A stretch of DNA of 64,000 nucleotides from Clostridiales bacterium. Lineage in GTDB: Bacteria; Bacillota; Clostridia; Christensenellales; QALW01. A program made the position numbers and the translations under genes. Each line of letters begins with the position of its first letter. Positions within the stretch are counted from its first letter, which is position 1. The stretch is from NCBI GenBank assembly GCA_015069575.1, contig SVIH01000002.1, positions 75,508 through 139,507 on the forward strand, read 5' to 3'. Positions 18,258 through 26,560 of this stretch are shown here, piece after piece. Below the pieces are notes generated by a model that was not told where the DNA came from, did not search any database, and was given only the letters and a program-made list of their open reading frames with translations.

Positions 18258-20036
18258 TTGATAAAACTTGATAAAAAAAGGCTTATTACTGTTATATCTG
18301 CATTGGTTGTTTTAATTGTTATTTTAACAGCAGTTATCTTTGCCTTTTCTAATAGCTATAAACCTAAAAAATTCAATAATATAAAACACAGTTGCTCAGG
18401 CGGGCAAACTCAAAAAGATGCTAATTTGCAGGAGATAACCGTTACTGAAGAAAATGGTATAGTAAACATTAATTTGCACTTTGCTTCCGGTAGCGCGGCA
18501 GATGAACAAATATCCAAAAGCGGTATTCCCAAGTACGAAGTATCATTTATTGAATCACCTTTAAGGCTTCAAATCAATTTAAAAGAATTGGTTTATTGGG
18601 ATTATATGATAAAGGGTGTATCAAATGATTCGCAAGGCGTTATAAACGGTATGTTTCAGATGAGCCCTTATGAAGAAAATACTGATACCACATTGTATTT
18701 TAATCTTTCTAAATCAGTAAAATATAAAGTACAGGAAAATGATGATGTTTTAACTATTTCATTGCTTCAGGATAAAAAAGATAAACAAAAAACAGGTTGG
18801 TATCTTGCCTGCGATATGTATTATGAGTATCAGACAGGGGAAAAAACTGATTATGGATTCACACCAACCTTGTGTGATGATAAAATAAGCGTTATAATGA
18901 TAAGCCAACGCTTTAAAACTGAAGCACAGGCAAGAAAAGCAATGGAAGAAAAACTTGCATCAACACTTGAGGGTGTGAATGTAAGGATATTTGAACTTAG
19001 CGCAGGTTTGTTGCCAAAGTATACGGAGGAAACAGATGTACAGGCGCTTTTAGGTGAATCTATATTAAGTATTGATGGTGCAAAAACCACATTACCATTA
19101 TACTTTGCTGATGCACGGTTTTTAACATGGGGGCCTGATGGCGATAATGCTCTTTTTGCAAAAAATGAAGAAGGTTTGGAAAAACTTTATATTGCTGATA
19201 AAAACGGTGCAAAACATCTTTTAAGTGAAAAAGGATTTTCTACTGTAGTAAAAGCAACTTTTTCAAAAGACGGAACACGATTAGCATTTATCGAACAGTC
19301 AGAAACAGAATCGGTAATTACTGCGATAGGTGTAAAAACCGGCAATATAACAGTAATTAATAACGAAGAAAATTTGTTTGGCGAAATAATAATGGGTGTA
19401 CAGCTTAATGAAACAGGTACAAAACTTTATTGTTTAAGCGGAAGTGAAACATATTCAATTAAGGTTTACGATTTTGCAACAAATCAGGTTACCACATTAA
19501 AAGAAAAAATTTTATTAGAAAGCGATTTTTATTATAATAACGGTTATTTGTATTATTGTGATGTTGTTGATGAGTATGAGGCGGTTGTCCGGATAAACAC
19601 AAGCGGTGGCGAGGCTGAACTTTTAGCAAAAGGCGCACAGTTTACTCTTTCTCCTGATGGAACAAAAATAGCAGTTATTGTAGAACATTATGAAACTGCA
19701 GTTAGTGATCTTAGAATAATTGATATAACAAACAATTCCTGGGATATAGTTTATGAAGATGTTGTAACAACAGAATTTTTCTTTTCAAGTGATAGTAAAA
19801 ACATCTATTTTACAATGGAAACAGGCGATGATGAGTTTTATTATCAGTTGATGAAATACAACGTTGATTCAATGGAAACAAAAGGAATTGCACAGGCAAT
19901 AAACAGTGTTTTTTATGCTTCAAATAAACCTAACGAAATTATTATAAGCGTTATGTATACAGATGATTTAGGCTCACGGCCTGCAACATACATAGCAGAT
20001 TTTGATAAAATGGTTGTTGGCGAAACAATGGAATAA
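18258..20036 (+). CDS. hypothetical membrane-anchored protein with TolB/PD40-like beta-propeller repeats
   Basis: TTG start after AGGAGG, N-terminal TM, repeats such as WGPDGDNALF, FSKDGTRLAF, LSPDGTKIAV. Confidence 0.6.
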   Translation: MIKLDKKRLITVISALVVLIVILTAVIFAFSNSYKPKKFNNIKHSCSGGQTQKDANLQEITVTEENGIVNINLHFASGSAADEQISKSGIPKYEVSFIESPLRLQINLKELVYWDYMIKGVSNDSQGVINGMFQMSPYEENTDTTLYFNLSKSVKYKVQENDDVLTISLLQDKKDKQKTGWYLACDMYYEYQTGEKTDYGFTPTLCDDKISVIMISQRFKTEAQARKAMEEKLASTLEGVNVRIFELSAGLLPKYTEETDVQALLGESILSIDGAKTTLPLYFADARFLTWGPDGDNALFAKNEEGLEKLYIADKNGAKHLLSEKGFSTVVKATFSKDGTRLAFIEQSETESVITAIGVKTGNITVINNEENLFGEIIMGVQLNETGTKLYCLSGSETYSIKVYDFATNQVTTLKEKILLESDFYYNNGYLYYCDVVDEYEAVVRINTSGGEAELLAKGAQFTLSPDGTKIAVIVEHYETAVSDLRIIDITNNSWDIVYEDVVTTEFFFSSDSKNIYFTMETGDDEFYYQLMKYNVDSMETKGIAQAINSVFYASNKPNEIIISVMYTDDLGSRPATYIADFDKMVVGETME

Positions 20037-20045
20037 GGAAAAATT

Positions 20046-21137
20046 ATGGAATTTAAAAATAACTTTGGTTTTGGCTGTATGCGCCTTCCTATGAAAAATG
20101 AAGAAGTAGATTTGCAGGAATTTTCCAAAATGGTAGATATTTTTATGGAAAATGGATTTAACTATTTTGATACAGCGCATGGATATATAAAAGGAAAAAG
20201 CGAAACTGCCATAAAAGAATGTCTTACAAAACGGTATAAAAGGGAAGATTATATACTTGTTGATAAAATTTCTGGATGGTTTTTTAAAAAAGAAGAAGAT
20301 ATAGACCCTTACTTTAATGAAATGCTTGAAAAAACAGGGGTAGATTATTTTGATATTCTTTTAATGCATACACAAAACAGGAAAAATTATGATCACTTCA
20401 AAGAATGCAGGGCATATGAAAAAGCCTTTGAATATAAGGAAAAAGGTTTAACAAAAATGGTGGGAATATCCTTTCATGATTCCCCTGAATTTCTTGATAA
20501 AATCTTAACAGAGTATCCTCAGATTGAGGTGGTTCAGATACAGTTTAATTATCTTGATACAGATAATCCGTCAGTTGAAAGCCTTGGCTGTTATGAAGTT
20601 TGTTTAAAACATAATAAGCCGGTTATAGTAATGGAACCTGTTAAAGGCGGCAGGCTTGTTAATATCAATGATGAAGCAAAAGAAATTTTTTCTGCTGTGT
20701 CAGGTATGTCACCGGCAAGTTATGCCATAAGATACGCTGCAGGCTTTGAAAATGTAAAAATGGTGCTTTCAGGAATGAGCAATGTTGAACAAATGCTTGA
20801 TAATATTTCTTTTATGAAAGATTTTAAGCCTTTAAACGAAAGGGAATTAAAAGCAATTGCCGATGTAAAAGAAATAATAAATAAAACAGAACAAGTGCCT
20901 TGTACAAGTTGCCTTTATTGTGTACAAAGTTGCCCTAAAAAAATAAATATTCCTAAGATTTTTGAAGCATATAATAAAGAACTTAAAGGCGAAAACGGTA
21001 TGCTTTTATATGTTGAAACCACAAAAAACAGCCAAAAGGCTTCAGAATGTATAAAATGCGGAAAATGCGAATTTGAATGTCCGCAATTTATTGATATAAG
21101 AAGATTCCTTAATAAATCAAAAGAAATATTTGAATAA
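20046..21137 (+). CDS. aldo/keto reductase with C-terminal 4Fe-4S ferredoxin-type domain
   Basis: AKR N-terminus (GFGCMRLP, FDTAHGY) plus CTSCLYCVQSCP and CIKCGKCEFECP cysteine clusters. Confidence 0.8.
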   Translation: MEFKNNFGFGCMRLPMKNEEVDLQEFSKMVDIFMENGFNYFDTAHGYIKGKSETAIKECLTKRYKREDYILVDKISGWFFKKEEDIDPYFNEMLEKTGVDYFDILLMHTQNRKNYDHFKECRAYEKAFEYKEKGLTKMVGISFHDSPEFLDKILTEYPQIEVVQIQFNYLDTDNPSVESLGCYEVCLKHNKPVIVMEPVKGGRLVNINDEAKEIFSAVSGMSPASYAIRYAAGFENVKMVLSGMSNVEQMLDNISFMKDFKPLNERELKAIADVKEIINKTEQVPCTSCLYCVQSCPKKINIPKIFEAYNKELKGENGMLLYVETTKNSQKASECIKCGKCEFECPQFIDIRRFLNKSKEIFE

Positions 21138-21140
21138 AAA

Positions 21141-21186
21141 AACCCCTTATTTACTCTTTTTAAGAATAAATAAGGGGATTTATTTT
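21141..21186. terminator. bidirectional intrinsic terminator
   Basis: ccccttattta (21143..21153) / taaataagggg (21167..21177), A-run before and T-run after, between convergent genes. Confidence 0.65.
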
Positions 21187-21187
21187 A

Positions 21188-21397
21188 TTAAGCTTCGGTT
21201 ACAGGCTTAATTCTGCGGAAAAGTAATGTAATTGACCACAGGGCTGTAATACCGATAACTGCGTAAATTATTCTGGCTGCAACAGTTGCTGAACCGCCAC
21301 AGATAAATGCTACAAGGTCAAAAGAAAATAAACCTACAAGCAACCAGTTAAGTGCACCTATAATGGTGACTGCAAGTGCAGTTTTATCAATTGCCAT
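21188..21397 (-). CDS. DUF378 family small membrane protein
   Basis: MAIDKTALAVTIIGALNWLLVGLFSFDLVAFICGG is the DUF378 signature. AAGGAG lies 8 nt upstream of ATG 21397. Confidence 0.75.
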   Translation of the reverse strand: MAIDKTALAVTIIGALNWLLVGLFSFDLVAFICGGSATVAARIIYAVIGITALWSITLLFRRIKPVTEA

Positions 21398-21445
21398 AAT
21401 TATCACTCCTTCGCATTTTAGTATGCACAGAAGTAATTAATTAAT

Positions 21446-21718
21446 TCATTTTTTCTTATTTTCATCAAAAATATTTATTTCAGCCCGTTCAAAATCCACG
21501 CTTTCAGGAAAATCGTCAGGCAAAAACCTTGTAAGCGAATAATTTTTAATATCTGAAATATGTTTTTTCATAATCATAGGATTAGGTATATCAAGTTGAT
21601 AACAACAATCCTTTAATGAATCCTCTAAAATTTGTTTAGGGGATTTTTTTATATCAATATCGCAAACAGCGTCATTAATAAGTTTGTTATTTTTATATAA
21701 TCTAAGCCAAAAAGTCAT
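21446..21718 (-). CDS. hypothetical protein (90 aa)
   Basis: ORF with GGAG 7 nt upstream of ATG 21718. No recognisable motif. Divergent from the ger operon. Confidence 0.45.
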   Translation of the reverse strand: MTFWLRLYKNNKLINDAVCDIDIKKSPKQILEDSLKDCCYQLDIPNPMIMKKHISDIKNYSLTRFLPDDFPESVDFERAEINIFDENKKK

Positions 21719-21840
21719 TTTAATACTCCAAAAAATCTTTTTGAATATTATACCAACATAAAACAATGCAGTCAATAAGTATATTTTTTCAAATTTTATT
21801 AAAAATATATATGGAAATTTATTTAAAAACAGGTGAATTT

Positions 21841-23262
21841 ATGTTAAATCAACAACCCGTTAAATCTGAAGACATTGTAAATGTTTTCAGGGGAAATATG
21901 GATTTTAAAAGCAGATATTTAAAAATAGGGGGCAGCGTTTGCAGTATTTTTTTTATAGAAGGTATGGTGGATACAGTAGCCCTTTCAAGATTTATTATTG
22001 AAAAGTTAAAGCATATTAAAAATATTTCTACAGCTGTTGAAAGTGGTGAGATTTCTTTTTCTGTTGCAGAAGAAGTAACAGATCAACAAGAGGTTATTCA
22101 AGGAATACTTCGCGGTAAAACAGCAGTTATATATAAGGATGAAACTTTTTTATTTGATTTAAGAAAAACAAAAGACCGTTCTGTTGAGCAACCAAGTGAA
22201 GAAAGTGCAGTAAAAGCATCAAAAGATTGCTTTGTTGAAGAATTGCGAACAAACACTACGTTAATTCGCAAAAAAATAATAAATAAGGATTTAAGAATTG
22301 AACAAACGGTAATCGGAAAGCAAACAAATACAGCTGTTGCGGTAGTATATATAAAAAGTATATGTAATGATCGCCTTGTTAATGAAATAAAACAAAAACT
22401 AAAAACAATAAAAAATGATGGCATTATTACCCCCGATGTAATTGAACAGTATTTAAAAAGCAATATTTTTTCGTTTTTTCCACAAACTGTAATAACTGAG
22501 CGCCCTGATAAAATAGCAAAAAATCTTTTAAACGGCAGATGTGCTATTTTGGTTGATGGACTTCCCATAGGTTATATTCTGCCTGCATCGGTTGCTCAAC
22601 TTATGTCTACGCCTGAGGATTATTCAGGTAATTTTGTTTTTGCTTCAGTTGTAAGGCTTTTAAGATACTTTCTTTTATCAGTAGAAGTACTTTTGCCCGG
22701 TGCATATGTTGCATTAACCACATTTCATTACGAAATGCTACCTTCAAAATTAGCATTATCTATTGCACAGGCAAAGATGGGTGTGCCGTTTCCTGTTGTA
22801 TTCGAAGTTCTTGCAATGCTTGCGCTATTTGAAGTTTTAGTTGAAGCAGGACTTCATATGCCACAAAGTTCAGGGCAGGCAGTTTCAATAGTGGGCGCGC
22901 TTGTTGTTGGTGAAGCGGCAATTTCAGCAGATCTTGTTTCACCGGCGGCACTTATAATAGTTGCAATATCTGCAATTTCTTCTTTTGCAATGCCAAATCA
23001 GGAATTTTCAAACGGACTAAGATTATGGCGCATAATTATAACAGTTTTAGGCGCAGCGTTAGGCTTGTTTGGTGTAGTTGCAGGTTCAATAATTCTGCTT
23101 GCACATTTAGCATCTTTAGATAGCATTGGAATCCCGTACCTTGCGCCTTTTGCAGGGGTAAAAAAAGTAAGAATAAAAGATTCGGTTATAGTTGTGCCGG
23201 ATATGATAAATAAAATGCGTCCTGATGAATTAAATGTAAAAAATAAACGGAGAACACAATGA
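21841..23262 (+). CDS. spore germination protein, GerA family A subunit
   Basis: Typical GerAA-like core (GRCAILVDGLP, PEDYSG) and C-terminal TM bundle. Start at ATG 21841 with AGGTGA RBS. Confidence 0.85.
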   Translation: MLNQQPVKSEDIVNVFRGNMDFKSRYLKIGGSVCSIFFIEGMVDTVALSRFIIEKLKHIKNISTAVESGEISFSVAEEVTDQQEVIQGILRGKTAVIYKDETFLFDLRKTKDRSVEQPSEESAVKASKDCFVEELRTNTTLIRKKIINKDLRIEQTVIGKQTNTAVAVVYIKSICNDRLVNEIKQKLKTIKNDGIITPDVIEQYLKSNIFSFFPQTVITERPDKIAKNLLNGRCAILVDGLPIGYILPASVAQLMSTPEDYSGNFVFASVVRLLRYFLLSVEVLLPGAYVALTTFHYEMLPSKLALSIAQAKMGVPFPVVFEVLAMLALFEVLVEAGLHMPQSSGQAVSIVGALVVGEAAISADLVSPAALIIVAISAISSFAMPNQEFSNGLRLWRIIITVLGAALGLFGVVAGSIILLAHLASLDSIGIPYLAPFAGVKKVRIKDSVIVVPDMINKMRPDELNVKNKRRTQ

Positions 23263-24362
23263 AAAAAGTTTTAGCACTTTTAATTATAATACCTTTGATA
23301 TTTTGCTCTTGCAGGGAAAGTGAGCAGATAGATGAATTAAGTTTTGTAAAACTTCTTGCCATAGATAAAACAGATCAAGGGCTTATTTTAACAGCGGGAA
23401 TACAAGTTCCAACCTCAAAAAAGGATGAAAAACCGGGATCAGAACTTATCTCGGTAACATGTCAGACTCTTTCTCAGGGGTTAAATTTTATAGAATCCGC
23501 TACAGAAAAAAAGATATTTTATGGGCAGGTAAGTTGCGTTTTATTAGGTGAAAAAATGGCGCAGGCAGGGATAATTGATACAATTGATTATCTTGTGCGC
23601 AGTGATGAACTAAGATTCGATATTCCTGTTGTGGTGGTGAAGGAAAAACAGGCAAAAGAGGTAGTTGAAAAAAACAAAAATAATGAAACCCATATATCTG
23701 AGCGTATTGAAAAAATGCTTGAATCTAATTACAGCACTTCCACTTCAGGCGTTATTGAACTGTCTACGCTGGTTGAAATGTTGGAGGACCCCTATCGTAG
23801 CGCGTATTTACCTTATATAGAAGCAAAAGAAGATGATAATTTTTCTGTTAAAGGTTATTGTGTTTTTAATAAGGATAGACTTATTTCTTACGCCGATGAA
23901 CAACAGTCATTAGGAATAAATTTTCTTAATTCCACAGTTAAAAATTGTTTGTTTGTTGCGCAGATTGACCAAAAGTTAATTACGCTGAAAATATCAGGAT
24001 TTAAATCTAAAATATCGTTAAAAGATGGCGCGTATGAAATTAAAATGAATTTTAAGTCTGAAGTGGTTCAGGCGGATTCAGATATACAACTATTTGATAA
24101 AAATCTTAACGAAAAAATAGTTGAAAGTCAAAACGCATGGTCAGAAAAAATATGCCAAGACACAATGAACTATTTAAAAGAACATGGCTGTGATGTTGCA
24201 ACATTTGGTGATACATTTCACAACAAAAATCCTAAAGAAGCAGAAAAATATATTAAAAATTGGTCAGAAACCTTTAAAAAGATAACTTATAAAATAAGTA
24301 TTAAATCAAAAACAGATCCTGCTAAAACTTCAGGCAAACCTGTAAAGCAAGGGGGAGATTAA
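23259..24362 (+). CDS. spore germination lipoprotein, Ger(x)C family
   Basis: Lipobox LIFCSC, GerAC-like length, ATGA overlap with the A subunit gene. Confidence 0.8.
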   Translation: MKKVLALLIIIPLIFCSCRESEQIDELSFVKLLAIDKTDQGLILTAGIQVPTSKKDEKPGSELISVTCQTLSQGLNFIESATEKKIFYGQVSCVLLGEKMAQAGIIDTIDYLVRSDELRFDIPVVVVKEKQAKEVVEKNKNNETHISERIEKMLESNYSTSTSGVIELSTLVEMLEDPYRSAYLPYIEAKEDDNFSVKGYCVFNKDRLISYADEQQSLGINFLNSTVKNCLFVAQIDQKLITLKISGFKSKISLKDGAYEIKMNFKSEVVQADSDIQLFDKNLNEKIVESQNAWSEKICQDTMNYLKEHGCDVATFGDTFHNKNPKEAEKYIKNWSETFKKITYKISIKSKTDPAKTSGKPVKQGGD

Positions 24363-24363
24363 A

Positions 24364-24537
24364 ATTAAATATATTTTCATATTAGTTCTTTTATGGGCAA
24401 TGGTAAGATTATTTGTAAAAAAGGATGTAAAAAACAAAACTGCATATATAATCATATGTGCATTAATGACTGTTTCAGGGGTAATTAACCTTATGTTTGA
24501 ATTTTCACTTGCGGATATTTTTTTAGGAGGCAACTAA
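24364..24537 (+). CDS. candidate small two-TM ORF (57 codons if ATT 24364 is the start; 45 if ATG 24400) between the gerC and gerB genes
   Basis: Frame open 24346..24534 with stop TAA at 24535..24537. AAGGGGGAG (24349..24357) lies just upstream. The TAA stop overlaps the ATG of the next gene. Hydrophobic stretches YIFILVLLWAMVRLFV and AYIIICALMTVSGVINLMF. Confidence 0.35.
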   Translation: MKYIFILVLLWAMVRLFVKKDVKNKTAYIIICALMTVSGVINLMFEFSLADIFLGGN

Positions 24538-25631
24538 TGAATAAAATATCAATGCGCCAGGCTATTATGCTTGTTATCGGTATGATATTTTCACCTGCAG
24601 TAAGATTATTTTCTTCGTTTGTTTCAGGCAGAGGTGACCAGTCAAGCTGGATAGCGCCGATATTTTCGGGTATATTTATGCTTTTGTTCATGATTGTTTT
24701 ATGGTCTTTGATAAAAGAAAACAGAAATTTCTATCAACATCTTGAGTATTCGTTTGGTTCTAAAATAAGCAAAATTGTTACAGTTTTTTATATTGTGTGG
24801 GGAATACTTTTAACAAGCGTTCAGATGCGATATTATTCTCAAAGGGTTGCAAGTACAATATATACTGAAATAGGTATGGATATATTTGTTATCATACTTG
24901 TTGGTATATGTGTGTACTCATTACGCAAAGGTATAAATGTGCTTGCAAGAATGAATGAATTATTATTGCCTGTAATTACGGTAGTTGCAGTATTTATGCT
25001 TGCGCTATTAACACCGGATATTCAATTAAAAGTACTTGTTCCTGTAAATGATTGGACAAGCCTTGTGCATGTTTCTGTATTCAATGTTGCAAGTTTTGGT
25101 TATTTAAGCCTTGTTCTTTTTTTTGTAGATGAAATAAACGATAGGGAAACCTTTAAAAAACACGCTGTAATAAGTACTATAGCGGTAACCTTATTTTCTG
25201 TATGGATGTTTATAACTGTTATCGGCACATTAGGACCGCATATAATTGAAAAACTTCCTTATCCGTTTTTTGCAGTTGTAAAACAGATATCTCTTGGCGA
25301 ATTTTTGCAACATATAGAAGCATTTGTAATAACATTATGGATACTTTCCGATTTCGTGTTAATTTCTTTCATAGGCGCGGCAACTGTAAAATTATATGGA
25401 AACCTTACCCGTAGTAAAGATGTAAGGGAATTTAATCTTCCATATTTTGCCCTTTGCGCAACCCTGGTAACAGTAATGGGAAGAACAAATCATGAACTTG
25501 AGGTTTTATCCGAAAAATTATTTATTCCACTTAATTTAATATTTTTATTTATAATTCCGTTTATTGTGTTTGCAGTAGGTAAAATCAAACAAAAAATAAT
25601 TGCAAAAAAGGGTAAGAATATGATATACTAA
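24537..25631 (+). CDS. spore germination protein, GerAB-type (APC-superfamily permease-like) B subunit
   Basis: About 10 TM segments, N-terminus MNKISMRQAIMLVIG typical of GerB-type subunits. Confidence 0.8.
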   Translation: MNKISMRQAIMLVIGMIFSPAVRLFSSFVSGRGDQSSWIAPIFSGIFMLLFMIVLWSLIKENRNFYQHLEYSFGSKISKIVTVFYIVWGILLTSVQMRYYSQRVASTIYTEIGMDIFVIILVGICVYSLRKGINVLARMNELLLPVITVVAVFMLALLTPDIQLKVLVPVNDWTSLVHVSVFNVASFGYLSLVLFFVDEINDRETFKKHAVISTIAVTLFSVWMFITVIGTLGPHIIEKLPYPFFAVVKQISLGEFLQHIEAFVITLWILSDFVLISFIGAATVKLYGNLTRSKDVREFNLPYFALCATLVTVMGRTNHELEVLSEKLFIPLNLIFLFIIPFIVFAVGKIKQKIIAKKGKNMIY

Positions 25632-25664
25632 AGAAGCAAAAAAACAGTTATTTGGGGGATATGT

Positions 25665-26501
25665 ATGATTTATATAGGATGTCACTTATCAAGTTCAAGA
25701 GGATATCTTAATATGGGTGAAACTGCAAAGGAACTTGGGGCAAATACATTTCAGTTTTTTACCCGTAACCCCCGTGGAACAGCTGCAAAAACTATTGATA
25801 AAAACGATACGGATGCATTTTTGGAATTCCAAAAAACAAATAAATTTGGCAAAATTCTTGCCCATGCGCCTTACACATTGAATCCCTGTTCAGATAAAAA
25901 AGAAACGCGCGATTTTGCTTATATGGTGTTTAAAGACGATCTTGAAAGAATGGAATATACACCTGGGCAATTATATAATTTTCACCCAGGTTCACACGTA
26001 GGGCAAGGAACGGAAAAAGGAATTGAACTTATAAGCCAACTGTTAAACAGGGTTTTAACAAAAAAAATTACAACTACGGTTTTGCTTGAAACCATGGCAG
26101 GCAAGGGCAGTGAAGTAGGTTCAAAATTTGAAGAACTTAAAAAAATAATTGATAACACTGTTTTAAACGAAAAGTTAGGCGTATGCCTTGATACATGCCA
26201 TGTTTTTGATGCAGGCTACGATATCGTCAATGATCTTGATGGCGTTTTGAACGAATTTGATAATGTTTTAGGATTAAACAGGCTTAAAGCCATACATATA
26301 AATGACAGTATGAATCCTTTTAACAGCCATAAGGACAGGCATCAAAAAATCGGTCAGGGAAGTATTGGTTTAGAAGCGTTTGAAAAGTTAATAAACCATC
26401 CTAAATTAAAAAATATACCTTTTTTGCTTGAAACACCCAATGAACTTGAGGGTTATAAACAAGAAATTGCACTTTTAAAAGGTTTATATAGGTTGACATA
26501 A
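25665..26501 (+). CDS. nfo: deoxyribonuclease IV (endonuclease IV)
   Basis: IGCHLS...[34 protein letters not shown]: Nfo/AP endonuclease 2 family metal ligand pattern. Confidence 0.85.
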   Translation: MIYIGCHLSSSRGYLNMGETAKELGANTFQFFTRNPRGTAAKTIDKNDTDAFLEFQKTNKFGKILAHAPYTLNPCSDKKETRDFAYMVFKDDLERMEYTPGQLYNFHPGSHVGQGTEKGIELISQLLNRVLTKKITTTVLLETMAGKGSEVGSKFEELKKIIDNTVLNEKLGVCLDTCHVFDAGYDIVNDLDGVLNEFDNVLGLNRLKAIHINDSMNPFNSHKDRHQKIGQGSIGLEAFEKLINHPKLKNIPFLLETPNELEGYKQEIALLKGLYRLT

Positions 26502-26560
26502 CAGGGGCTATTATATATAATTAATATATTATAAAATACATAGAAACGGAGAAATTTCTT

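Noticed and set aside
21766-21840. N-terminal extensions of tracked ORFs (21766, 39175, 40596, 28370, 45236, 57272, 54502, 6854, 5330, 52568 ends).
   Set aside because: The extensions overlap upstream genes, terminators or the RBS itself. Internal starts with proper Shine-Dalgarno spacing give N-termini typical of the families.
24330-24533. 67-aa minus-strand ORF in the ger operon gap (and 24491..24691 minus).
   Set aside because: It is antisense within a tightly coupled plus-strand operon. The plus-strand frame has the RBS and the start/stop coupling to its neighbours.
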